A stretch of DNA of 64,000 bases from Savitreella phatthalungensis. Taxonomy: Eukaryota. The position numbers and the translations under genes were made by a program. The notes below the pieces were generated by a model. That model was given only the letters and a program-made list of their open reading frames with translations, was not told where the DNA came from and ran no database searches. Below are positions 1-10,005 of this stretch, in pieces (position 1 is the first letter of the stretch; every line of letters starts with the position of its first letter). The stretch covers positions 310,001-374,000 of the forward strand of contig AP039693.1 of assembly GCA_051599415.1 (NCBI GenBank). Direction: 5' to 3'.

Positions 1-98
1 TCAATTGACTATACGCACTCCAGCAAATGATTATTCTGTGACTTCATAGGTATAAATTTCAGCACATTTACGTCGTTTCAATCGATCGGATGTGGCAT

Positions 99-1625
99 TT
101 AGAGTCGAGCCTTCCATTTTCGACCAGACATCCCAGCAAGATTTCCCAAACCACTCTCCTGATCGCCAAGTAGGTGTCGCTGATGGTACGCATTTGCGAA
201 CATGCCGGTCGGATCCAGCCTACGTCTGACAGCCAGCCAGTCGTGAAACTTTGGGTACATGTCGGAAAGACCTCTCGGACCGACATCAAATTGTTTAGCC
301 CAATGAGGACGACCACCGAGGTCGCGCATCAGATACTCATAGGCCTGGAAGAAACGTCGGTAAGGGACACTGAAGCCGTACGGCTTATACATGATCACCC
401 CAATGTAGCACGTTGGGCCGCCATAACTCGTGCTCAGCCAGGCTTCGCCCTCTTCTTGACCCGTCGCTACGCGTAACTCAATAGGCGCGTGGACGAAAAC
501 TCCTTCGCTGCTGAAAGGAATGCGAGCAGCTTCGTCGTCCCCTGATAGCCAGAGATCGAGCCGACGACATGCTTCTATACCCATCTCGAGCGGCAGGGAC
601 CATTCATCAACGTATTGCGAGAAGAGACAATTCATGTTGAGAGCTTCCTGGGAACTCTGGATTGCGGTGTCCAGCTTACCCTGGCACGCGCCGTATTGCT
701 GTCGAAAGACAAGTCTCTCGATATTTGGTCCGAATCTGGGCGCCAATCGTCCGACGCAGAGCAAAACCTGGTGAATATGATACGCCCACAAAGTGCTGCG
801 ATACCAGGAGGACGACGCACAGCGCTGGGAAGGCTCTGGTCTGACACGCGCTCCCTCCCATCGAATTGCACGACGTGAATATGGGAACCACCAGACGCGA
901 ACGTATTCCGCAGCTTCCCAGAGCTTTTTTGCTTTCCATTCATCCAACATCGTTTCGAAAGTCAGAACAGAGCGAGTGGATTGTATGTCGAATGCATCGT
1001 CGACCGCCAGTGTTATCTCTACGATGATTCCAAGAGCGCCCAAGTGCACCTGTGCAGCGTGAAACACATCTTTGTTGGTAGTCGTAGAACAATCAATAAT
1101 TTCTCCCTGCGCGGTGACCAGCTTGAGTCCTTTGACGCACTGTCCCAGAATCGATCTCCGTAAGGATGAGCCGTGTGTCGCCGTTGCAAGCATACCTGCG
1201 ACGGACTGCTCAGAAATTGATCCAAGATTCTCTAGCGCAAAACCACGACTGTCCAATACCTTATGCAGCTGATTCATGCGCATTCCACCTTCGACAGTAA
1301 CGTAGCGCCGTTTCGCGTCCACCGCTACAACTTTGCACATTGCGTCGAGCGAGATCATGATGCTGTCACTGCAAGCGATGTCGCCCGGACTGTGGCCAGC
1401 GCCGATTGCCGTCACCTGTTGCTTTGTTGTTCGAGCATACTCGAGGACTTTCTTGACCTGCCAAATGTCTTGGGGCCAGAATACGTGTTGCGGCTCGCAG
1501 GTGAACGTACGTGCCCAATTAGAAAATCGCTTGTATGAGCTATGCTTCACGCCAATCTGCGGGTCTTTTGCACTACCGTTGCGATTCGAAAGGCGCGGGA
1601 GGTCGGAATCAGTACTCGTAAGCAT
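99..1625 (-). CDS. ALO1: D-arabinono-1,4-lactone oxidase (L-gulonolactone oxidase family FAD oxidoreductase)
   Basis: 508 aa ORF with FSNWARTF, the FAD-binding GAGHSPGD (covalent His), LGSISEQSVAG, ATATHGSS and the C-terminal GGRPHWAK ALO motif; ends -KARL. Confidence 0.93.
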   Translation of the reverse strand: MLTSTDSDLPRLSNRNGSAKDPQIGVKHSSYKRFSNWARTFTCEPQHVFWPQDIWQVKKVLEYARTTKQQVTAIGAGHSPGDIACSDSIMISLDAMCKVVAVDAKRRYVTVEGGMRMNQLHKVLDSRGFALENLGSISEQSVAGMLATATHGSSLRRSILGQCVKGLKLVTAQGEIIDCSTTTNKDVFHAAQVHLGALGIIVEITLAVDDAFDIQSTRSVLTFETMLDEWKAKKLWEAAEYVRVWWFPYSRRAIRWEGARVRPEPSQRCASSSWYRSTLWAYHIHQVLLCVGRLAPRFGPNIERLVFRQQYGACQGKLDTAIQSSQEALNMNCLFSQYVDEWSLPLEMGIEACRRLDLWLSGDDEAARIPFSSEGVFVHAPIELRVATGQEEGEAWLSTSYGGPTCYIGVIMYKPYGFSVPYRRFFQAYEYLMRDLGGRPHWAKQFDVGPRGLSDMYPKFHDWLAVRRRLDPTGMFANAYHQRHLLGDQESGLGNLAGMSGRKWKARL

Positions 1626-1813
1626 GGATGACTGGGCGAGATACTCTTCGAATGACGCTGCGCTATTGCGTTCTATTCGACACGGCGCACCATACGCTTC
1701 ATGATCGATGTCAAAATGCGTTTTTCATATATGGATCACACGCTATAATCTAGATCGCCAGTGTGATGTGATCAGTAGTAGGTCAGAGTTACATTCGGCG
1801 TGCGCTGAATTCA

Positions 1814-2243
1814 ATGGCTGGTTTGTGCAAACATGCTTTGCACAAACAGTTGAGAGAATTTGGAGAGATTAAGTCTAACATTGTCGTCAAGACTGCTGCG
1901 ATCTTTGTGAGGTTGAGGAAAGGCTTTGATTGCTGTGTACGCTGGACAAATTCAACTTCAGGAACAATCTGGGCGCTGGCCTGAACTTGCAAGGGCTAGT
2001 TTGATGCTGCATGGAATGAGCGAGATGTTCTATACTGATGATTTGCTTCGATAATCACACTTATCTAGAATACGATGGATCGACTTCTTAATGCAATACG
2101 TGTCGCCGACGTCCTTCAGATGCTTTCGCGAAATGAGCGTGATCAACGATTTGAACGTCGAGAATGCGATCAAGCGCTTCGGGCCTATCACCGCCCGCGA
2201 TATAGAGTACGCCCATGAAGCTTTTCAATCTGATTCCAGCTGA
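1814..2243 (+). CDS. putative small 3-exon gene, 110 aa, function unknown
   Basis: Manual model: exons 1814-1906, 1962-2026, 2069-2243, with GT-AG introns of 55 and 42 nt, gives an open frame from ATG to TGA; the second donor (GTTCTA) is weak. Confidence 0.35.
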
Positions 2244-2410
2244 TGTTCGATCTTGCAGTTGCAGATGTTTAATAATATCTTAGCTGTTTCCCGATCACTT
2301 TTGCTTCGAGCTCTCAGATCACATGCATTATAGGCGATCAAGTGTGGATATTACATTCAACCCGCTGACATATCGTCCTTTCTAAGAAGGAGACCAGTCT
2401 TGCACACCCC

Positions 2411-3712
2411 ATGCGAAATTGCGACCATCATGCTCTTGAAGAGGTCCTCAAATTGAGTCAAGGAGCGGCGCTTATGAGTAGCAGCTCTCGCCCGCTCGAT
2501 AAGCAACAAGTCAGTCAAACGAGAGCACTTGTGCATTTTACAAAGAATCGCGCAAGGAGAGGGGTGAAACGAGCTCCTCGTATCGCGAGCCAATGTGGTT
2601 TTCCAGTGAGTGATGACGCTGCTCCTTTAGGATCGCCCAGTGATACCAAATATTGCCTGTTGGAGGGACATCCAGCCAAGGACACCACGTCTTTCGGTGC
2701 TTCATCATCGATCAACGCAGAGCACAAGGCTCTAATCCCGAGACCGACTCATGATGCACCCGACAGCAGGACATCATCTGCAGTGCGAATCCTTTACGGC
2801 CGCGACACATCAAACCAACTGACCGAAACGAAGTATCAACATGTAGTGCCACCAGAACCCGACAGCCTTTCGTGGTCACCAGCTGATTCATACGTAGACG
2901 CCTCTCATGTCATCGACTTCAGGCAATCAAGGCTTCATTTTCGCTGGATCGGTGGGAGGGCAACGTTGCAGGAGGTTTGGTTGGATGGTGCCGAAATCGT
3001 TCATCAAGGGCGCGAAACCGCACAGTTCATGAAGTCTATCGGCAATGTTCTGTGGGTATCAGATAGCCAGATAAAGGGCACTCTCTTCCGCTCACGGGCC
3101 GTCGGATCTGGCGTCGTTGTCGAACAGTGCGAAGATTTGTGCTCAGCGTATGCTTTCTGCGATGTCTCCGAACGACCCTTTCTGTGGATCGGCTCGGGCA
3201 GTTCTCCATCAGAAGTGCGAGCCATTCGGAAATTTCTCCAGCACAACAGAATCAAGGCTGTCGAGATTCGTGAGGGCGAAGTACGGCCGATCCATGCGAG
3301 CGCTCTTTGTGGAGGAGGTGCCGACGCAAAGTCAAGCTTTTGGCGACGGCACATGTGGGAGCAATCAAGGAAGCGAATTTCTCAGGACTTCCAGTACATC
3401 GTCTTCTGTACCAACAGAGCGCCTGAGCCACGAATGCTTGATCACGAGAAGCTGGTTAGAGATCCAGATGAGGCCTACGTCATCGATCTACCCACTGAAG
3501 TCTACATCCTCCTTCCTCGCGAGCGTTCGCCGCTCGACGCGCAAGCTCTGGCCGAGGCGCGAGTCATAGCGACCTCGCGCGCCGATGAACCCCTTCAAAT
3601 CGTGATACCGTACGAATCTCAATTGCCGCACGAATTGGCAGCGATATTTCGGAGGAAGGACATGCGACGTTCCATGCTGCGAGTGTGGTCAACATCAATC
3701 GAACGAGCCTGA
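2411..3712 (+). CDS. hypothetical protein with degenerate gelsolin-like repeats in the C-terminal two-thirds
   Basis: 433 aa ORF; repeated patterns HFRWIGG..., IVHQGRETAQF, PFLWIGSGSS.SE, VEIREGE and AYVIDLPTEVYI resemble gelsolin-homology domains. Confidence 0.55.
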   Translation: MRNCDHHALEEVLKLSQGAALMSSSSRPLDKQQVSQTRALVHFTKNRARRGVKRAPRIASQCGFPVSDDAAPLGSPSDTKYCLLEGHPAKDTTSFGASSSINAEHKALIPRPTHDAPDSRTSSAVRILYGRDTSNQLTETKYQHVVPPEPDSLSWSPADSYVDASHVIDFRQSRLHFRWIGGRATLQEVWLDGAEIVHQGRETAQFMKSIGNVLWVSDSQIKGTLFRSRAVGSGVVVEQCEDLCSAYAFCDVSERPFLWIGSGSSPSEVRAIRKFLQHNRIKAVEIREGEVRPIHASALCGGGADAKSSFWRRHMWEQSRKRISQDFQYIVFCTNRAPEPRMLDHEKLVRDPDEAYVIDLPTEVYILLPRERSPLDAQALAEARVIATSRADEPLQIVIPYESQLPHELAAIFRRKDMRRSMLRVWSTSIERA

Positions 3713-3720
3713 TAAGTCCG

Positions 3721-6700
3721 TCATGTTTCGAATGGTACACCAATGTGTTCAACAGTTGCACTGTTCCCACTTCGGATGTGGTAGATTGCGCACCGCTTCA
3801 TGTCCTGTCGAACCCAAGACGCTAAAGTCCGTCCGCGTTGCTTCTCCCTGAGCCGCGAGCGAGGCAGATCGCCGGCCGCGCAAACCGCCACAGTGTCTAC
3901 AATTATTTGATGCTCGTTTAGCACTGCGTTTACAATGACCGGCACAGCTGAAGAAAGGCTCGCGACATTGTGCATCTCGAGATATAGCACCAGTCGTCCC
4001 CCGGCTTGGAAGACAGTTGCTCCCCCGCGTGCGATCTGCCGATGACATCGCTCCACTGTGATCTCGATGTCGCGTGCGAAGTAGAGCAGACCATTGACTT
4101 CGAAGGTTTCCCCAATGCTGCCGAGAACAAATAGCGTCTGCATCGCGCCGCCTGCGCCGCGGTTGACTGTGTAAAGGAAGCCGAGATCGCCAGTACGGGC
4201 GTACCGGTTACCAACACCCCCATCATCCACGAGGGTGCCGTTGAAGCGCTCGACGTCGAGCGGGTCTCGTGCTGCGTGAAATCCGTCTGCGTTGCCGGCC
4301 GACGTCACCCATATCTCTCCAAATTCTCCTACACGGCATAATTGTCGCGTCTCAGGGTTTACGATGGCCACCTGCGTGGCAACAGGCACCATACCGGAGT
4401 CCTGTACCACTAAGCCGAATGGATCCTCGTCCGGATTTGTCAATTGTACGAAGCCTTCCCGGAGAGCTCGGGAATCCAAATAAAGTTCGATCGGCTCGAT
4501 GCTCATGTAAGCCCGTGTGGCGAGGAACGGATTCATGGGATGACAGTACGTAGCATTGATTGCACCTGCATCCAGCCCAACAGGTCCTAGGAGCTGCTTT
4601 ACTCGAGCGTAGTATTCCGCACCGATGCGATTGTCGAATCCGATGGTGAAATTCTTCACTTCATGCAAGCTTGACACCTTACCCTGGAGAGTATGCACGA
4701 GATAATCCACCGTTTGCGGTGTTACATAGCAGTCTTTGATCTTGTATCGCGCCAGAATGTGGGTCAGAAGGAGCGGATTGTGGGCAAAATCGACTGGCGA
4801 CAGATAATACGTCGGACATCCAATATACATGCCGAGCAGACAACTGTGGAGAAACCCAAGTCCGGATGTGCTGCGAATAGAGCCGAGAAGGGGCCGAGAA
4901 GCTGACATCTGATTGGTCTCCTTTTGAACCTTGCAACAGCCGAGTACCGCTTGATGACTCAGGCAGACAGCCGCGGGGCGATGATCGGACGACCAATAGA
5001 TCCAGACCAGAGCTACAAAATCGGATCGCAACCAAGCTGGCTCGATCACGAACCCGAGTTCTCGGCAGCCCTTTGTTTGCTTCGTAGGCCTGCTAGTATT
5101 CACGATGCTTGGCGAAGTGACTTTCAGTGCGGAAGCTGTATGTCGTAAATGCTGTGAGATCACCTTACTTCCGAGTGCAGATATCGTCTCGTTATTTCCC
5201 AGGATCATCTTGACATCAAAGTCCCGAACAAGGGTCAGCAGCGCAGGCACATCCTCGCCAAGTCGATTTGGGTCGAGCGGAGCCATAGGGATCGCTGTGA
5301 TGCCTAAGCACATGCAAGCATGAACAGCGAGGTAGAAGTCTTCAGAATGGCTGTACATCAGCATAACCGCCTGACCAGACCGTAAGCGCAGCTTACCCCT
5401 CAATAGAGCGGCAACAGCTGCAATTCTGAGATCGAGCTTCCGCCACGACACAGCCTTGCCTTCCTTCCCACGTCCATCTATACTGCATATGGCCAGCTCT
5501 TCCGTCTGTCGCGTAGCACGCCATTGAAAGATGTCGACAAGACTGCCGAAGCTCGTCAAATCGGTCGAAGTACGGTCATCTAGCACGGACGGCCGCTCCT
5601 CGTATCCGCTGAACTGCCGCTCATGAAGCTGAAGGGCACTGCCGCGGTCCTCGCTCGCGAACTTTGACCAAATGCCGGCCACTGGGTCCGGACCAACGGG
5701 GAGATTCAGTACCGCGCGCTCGACAGCGAATTTGACCATGACGCTCGACAAGGCTCCTCGCTCAAATGCCTTTCGACATAGCATGTTGCCAATCTCAAAC
5801 CTACCGTTACGAGCGACTCGTGGTGCTGTACCAGGACTGCAAAGCAGGACGCAATAGACTCTGACCTGATGTTGCTCGAGTAATAATTCAATGACTTTTT
5901 CGGCGAGAGCCTCAAGCCATTGAAGATCCAAGATAATAGGAGGACCTCCTTGCGCAATAGGCAAGCGCGACGCGGCAGGGGTCTCGACAATTATGATCGG
6001 AAGGTGTTCCTGATTGACGAAAACATCAAATGCCGAGCAGTCAGTGATCCTCGGAGCCCCCCGCATAATTGTCGACACGAGATGTGACACATAGTGGTAG
6101 CGATACTCAACGAACTCCTGCTGCTCTTCCGACCACTCAACTTTTTGTCGCAGCCGATCTTCATAGAGGCCGAGCACATAGATCTTGCCGCGAACGACAA
6201 AACCAAGCAGACCAGTCCGCAGGAATTCTTGCTCGTATTGCTTTCGTCTCCGCGGTGCTGTTTCGTCGTGGAGACAAGGTCTTGCATGAAAAATTGCCTC
6301 GGAGTGGCGTGGCAAAAGCCAGTAACACGCACTCATGCTTGGGCTGTCGATCCAAATTTCGCCAACAGTGCCAGGCTGACAAAGCTGCGAGGTCTCTGGA
6401 TCCACAATAGCTACAGTTGCGTCAGCCAGCGGATACCAGAAAGAGCCAACTCGCACAGTCGTATGATCAATTTCGCGCTTGCCACTGCCTGTCGAGCCTC
6501 TGCAGACTATGTTGATCTCGTTCGCTTTGAGTGCTTCCTTGTCCAGCAGCACCTCATCCACGTCATTATCATCGTTTAGAGTATCCGCATTGACTGATTG
6601 CGCCCCGGCACTTTCGATTCGCTCGTGTCCTCCAAGCACATCCTTCATCGAGATCACCATCCCACCATGCTCAGGAAGGCAAAGCATCGGCGTTAGCACC

Positions 6701-8367
6701 TGCCGTGCATTGGGACTTCCTAGAGGTCTCAACCATCGATCGGCTACAATCTCGTGGAACTCGACATCTACGGTCAAGCAGTCCACAAGACATAGTTTGA
6801 CGAATGAAAAGTCAATGTGTCGTCGTCCGCGCGTTGCCATTGGATCGTTCTGGTAATTGTATGCGACGGTACGTAGCCCAGGGTAATCGGCGAGAATGAT
6901 GGTCGCTCGATATCTCGTTATGAGCTGAGCAAACAACCCGGCGGTCGATATCAATGACGGTGGTATCCACACAGTCGTGTAACCATGGTACACGGACAGC
7001 AGAGTTTCCATAATCATACCGATGGCTTGTCGTGGATCCAGGTATGACAACAGAATTCCTCCTCCGCTACCACGAGACTGCGGCGTATCTTGACCACGGC
7101 TTTGGGCATGTGCGTCAGGGCGTGGTTCTGGCGCGGTCGCCACGATGGCGCTCAAACAAGCCATTTGGTGCATAATTGTTCGGTGAGAGACGACCACGCC
7201 ACGCAATTCCCCAGTCGGGGAGCGAGAATACTCGATGTAGGCTAAGTCTGGCGCCTGGAGCGCTGGAAGATCCTCATTTTTCCTGTGGTGATAGCTTCCA
7301 AACTCATTCGTCTTCCACCATTCGACGCCTCTTGGCCATGCCAGTCTATTCAACGAGAGATCGCGGTGGAAAGATTTGAGATTGGCATCAGTAGTCAGAG
7401 CGAGTCGCGCTTGGGTGGCGGCGAGTATAGCGCTGAGTTCAGAAAAGTTATCCTGCTTGTTGATGGGTACAGCCACGACGCCAGCTACAAAGCATCCAAA
7501 AAGTGCGATTGTGTAATCAATGAGTTCGCAATCGCGGAAGACCAGGGCAACCCGATCACCTCGATAGAGACCACTCTTCTCACGGATCACTTGTGCCACC
7601 TTCTCCGCACGACTAGCAAGTTTATCCCAAGTGATCGTCGCGACCTCTTTGCCTTTTGAGTCCAGCACCATGAAGGCGGCACGCTTCGGATTTGTTCGTC
7701 CGCGATGTCGAAGCACTCCGGCGATGTTGTCGAATTGGCTCATGAGAACACTCGCATTGTGTGGATCCTTGACAGGAAATGGAATTCCCCTAGGGTCGAG
7801 AGGCAGCATTTGTGGCGGTCCGACCATGTTTGACGGGTCTTCAAGATTTTTGTTACGCGCGCCGTAGCCATACGCGAGCTCAAAAGTCGTCTCAGCGTTC
7901 GAAAAGTTGCTGTCCACCAAAAGATTGCTCGTTGCCATATCGGGCTGGTCTGCGGTGAGTACCGTCGATGCACCGTTGAGGAAACGAATCGATTCTTCCT
8001 CAGTTCGCCATATGGGACGGGCTGAGTCTGTCTCATCATTGCCGAGGATTTCGATGGACTGTCTCGCACTGGAAAATGCTCCACCACGATCTGTATCCGA
8101 TATCAAGCTACCGGGGAGCGCGGATGTGTGCGAGTCGGTGGAAGATTGGCGGTCTGCCCCACGCGACATTTCCGGCATGATCGTTGCGGACTGTTCAGAT
8201 CGTCTTTCATGCGGAGATTCGTCATAAGCCAGGTAATGTCTCAAGCCACTAGCTGTGAGTATCGCTGTTCTTCGCTTCTCATAGCCTTTCCGAGTGATGT
8301 AACCCTCTGAAAGATCCTGATCAAGCAGCTGCAAAGCTCCGGCGATCTCGGATGACAACGAATTCAT
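3721..8367 (-). CDS. DIP2: DIP2/Cps1/Cmr2-type protein: DMAP1-binding domain plus tandem adenylation (FAAL-like) domains
   Basis: N-terminal LDQDLSEGYITRKGYEKRR DMAP-binding motif; two AMP-binding-like modules (YIEYSRSPTGELRGV, GEIWIDSP, FLRTGLLGF; GEIWVTS, YARTGDLGFL); first ATG at 8367. Confidence 0.92.
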   Translation of the reverse strand: MNSLSSEIAGALQLLDQDLSEGYITRKGYEKRRTAILTASGLRHYLAYDESPHERRSEQSATIMPEMSRGADRQSSTDSHTSALPGSLISDTDRGGAFSSARQSIEILGNDETDSARPIWRTEEESIRFLNGASTVLTADQPDMATSNLLVDSNFSNAETTFELAYGYGARNKNLEDPSNMVGPPQMLPLDPRGIPFPVKDPHNASVLMSQFDNIAGVLRHRGRTNPKRAAFMVLDSKGKEVATITWDKLASRAEKVAQVIREKSGLYRGDRVALVFRDCELIDYTIALFGCFVAGVVAVPINKQDNFSELSAILAATQARLALTTDANLKSFHRDLSLNRLAWPRGVEWWKTNEFGSYHHRKNEDLPALQAPDLAYIEYSRSPTGELRGVVVSHRTIMHQMACLSAIVATAPEPRPDAHAQSRGQDTPQSRGSGGGILLSYLDPRQAIGMIMETLLSVYHGYTTVWIPPSLISTAGLFAQLITRYRATIILADYPGLRTVAYNYQNDPMATRGRRHIDFSFVKLCLVDCLTVDVEFHEIVADRWLRPLGSPNARQVLTPMLCLPEHGGMVISMKDVLGGHERIESAGAQSVNADTLNDDNDVDEVLLDKEALKANEINIVCRGSTGSGKREIDHTTVRVGSFWYPLADATVAIVDPETSQLCQPGTVGEIWIDSPSMSACYWLLPRHSEAIFHARPCLHDETAPRRRKQYEQEFLRTGLLGFVVRGKIYVLGLYEDRLRQKVEWSEEQQEFVEYRYHYVSHLVSTIMRGAPRITDCSAFDVFVNQEHLPIIIVETPAASRLPIAQGGPPIILDLQWLEALAEKVIELLLEQHQVRVYCVLLCSPGTAPRVARNGRFEIGNMLCRKAFERGALSSVMVKFAVERAVLNLPVGPDPVAGIWSKFASEDRGSALQLHERQFSGYEERPSVLDDRTSTDLTSFGSLVDIFQWRATRQTEELAICSIDGRGKEGKAVSWRKLDLRIAAVAALLRGKLRLRSGQAVMLMYSHSEDFYLAVHACMCLGITAIPMAPLDPNRLGEDVPALLTLVRDFDVKMILGNNETISALGSKVISQHLRHTASALKVTSPSIVNTSRPTKQTKGCRELGFVIEPAWLRSDFVALVWIYWSSDHRPAAVCLSHQAVLGCCKVQKETNQMSASRPLLGSIRSTSGLGFLHSCLLGMYIGCPTYYLSPVDFAHNPLLLTHILARYKIKDCYVTPQTVDYLVHTLQGKVSSLHEVKNFTIGFDNRIGAEYYARVKQLLGPVGLDAGAINATYCHPMNPFLATRAYMSIEPIELYLDSRALREGFVQLTNPDEDPFGLVVQDSGMVPVATQVAIVNPETRQLCRVGEFGEIWVTSAGNADGFHAARDPLDVERFNGTLVDDGGVGNRYARTGDLGFLYTVNRGAGGAMQTLFVLGSIGETFEVNGLLYFARDIEITVERCHRQIARGGATVFQAGGRLVLYLEMHNVASLSSAVPVIVNAVLNEHQIIVDTVAVCAAGDLPRSRLREKQRGRTLASWVRQDMKRCAIYHIRSGNSATVEHIGVPFET

Positions 8368-10005
8368 TCTTCCATGCCGCTGAGAACGCTGACAAGGCAA
8401 AACGCGTGTGTTATGCGGATGAAAGGCTTTCGCGCCGGAAACGGTATTGAAGGCCTCGCTTGCTGATTCGACTCCTAAGTCATTCGAATCAGACGAAATC
8501 TGGCTCTGTGACCTGGTGTGAGCGCAGCGTCACGAGCTGGGCGCTGGTTGCTGCCGATGATGTCAAGGTCACGGTGCAGGAGATTTCGCTTGAATTATGG
8601 CAATCCTGTCCAGGACGAGTGCCACATTCATGCGCATGATCACTAGCTGAGTGGATGACGGTGCCCACTGACTCCGTAGGTAGAACGACGACGAATGCAC
8701 GTAGACTGCACGAATGGATGAATACGCCAGATTGAACACACTCTCCCGATCGTGCAATAAAAAGTGATCAACAGGCTGGTCAAATGCAGCTAGAGGAAAA
8801 AACCAAAGGCGCAGGAATGATGTACTATCATTCTTGAAGGGTCAAAGAAATGCCTATATCAGCACTACTTAGGTGTTGCATAAGCATTGCCAACCATGAA
8901 TTGTCCGAGCTGTTTATGAGCGCTACTGCGACCCAATTGTTCTGCAGAGCAAGTCAGGTCTACAGCTAATAGTTTCATGGAGATCGTCTTCATGCTCGAC
9001 TTCTCTCAGCAGTTGTACTGCACACATTCTTGACAATCAATCTGTCGGTCAGCCCGCAATTCTGCCCTACTAATCACTTGTTATTGTACAATCGAGAATC
9101 CTTGTTGTCCTTCTGGGGAAGCGAATCGCAACGCGAAGCGCGGGGGCCGGAGCCATGAAATCCGATCTTCTGACAGCGTTGAACGCGTATAGCGAAATAT
9201 GCAGAGACGTCGCAATGGCGGTCTGTGCATACTGTATGTTCAAATGTGCCTTGCGAGAAGGTGAGGCTCGATATCAAAGAGAAACTCAGACGTCCTTGCT
9301 GTGCCACTGTTGACATCGATCCTGTTCAATCGCAACGTCGTGCTGTTAGGAACTGGTCATCCATAATTTGAACTTAGCTATGGTACACGGTGACCTCCTT
9401 CAACACCAGCTGACCAGAATAGGGGCAGAAGGCATCGTTGAAGAAAGTGTGCCTCAAATGCTCGTGTCAGTCTTGCAACAGACTCTGTAATGTGCTTCGG
9501 CGAAGCGCGCTCCTATCTGCCAATGTCCGCCACCTCGCCAGTCAAGATTCTATCAAAAGATAGAATGGATCGTCAGACTCGCCAACGTGAGATCAGAGCG
9601 TTGCGACTATTTCAACCCTCAAGACTGTTCCAACATCAAGATGCGTCGATGAAAGAGGATTGACTATGGCCCGATTCATTCAGCACAGCACCGCAATGAG
9701 CACACAATTTCGCCGCACGGTACACGCAAAGCTGGACTGTACACTGCGAAGCCGAACTGATCTCTTTGCAAGATTTTCGAGGTCCCAATTGAGGTAACCG
9801 AAATTGGACATGTGCCCGGTCAAGTAATGATGCAGCTATTTCATTCGCGTTACACATCCGCGTACTATATTTTGTAAGGCGACAACACGCACATCATTCA
9901 CTTCGAAGTTATATTTTTTCCTGAGCCGTAGTGCTGCGCAGGTCGACAGTTTGAAGCGTTCGTGAACATTTGAAAAATCGCTCGGGGTGAACTTTGTTGG
10001 AACGG

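Noticed and set aside
3721..8367. NRPS or secondary-metabolite cluster
   Set aside because: The adenylation domains belong to the conserved DIP2/Cps1 family; there are no carrier or condensation domains and no tailoring genes nearby
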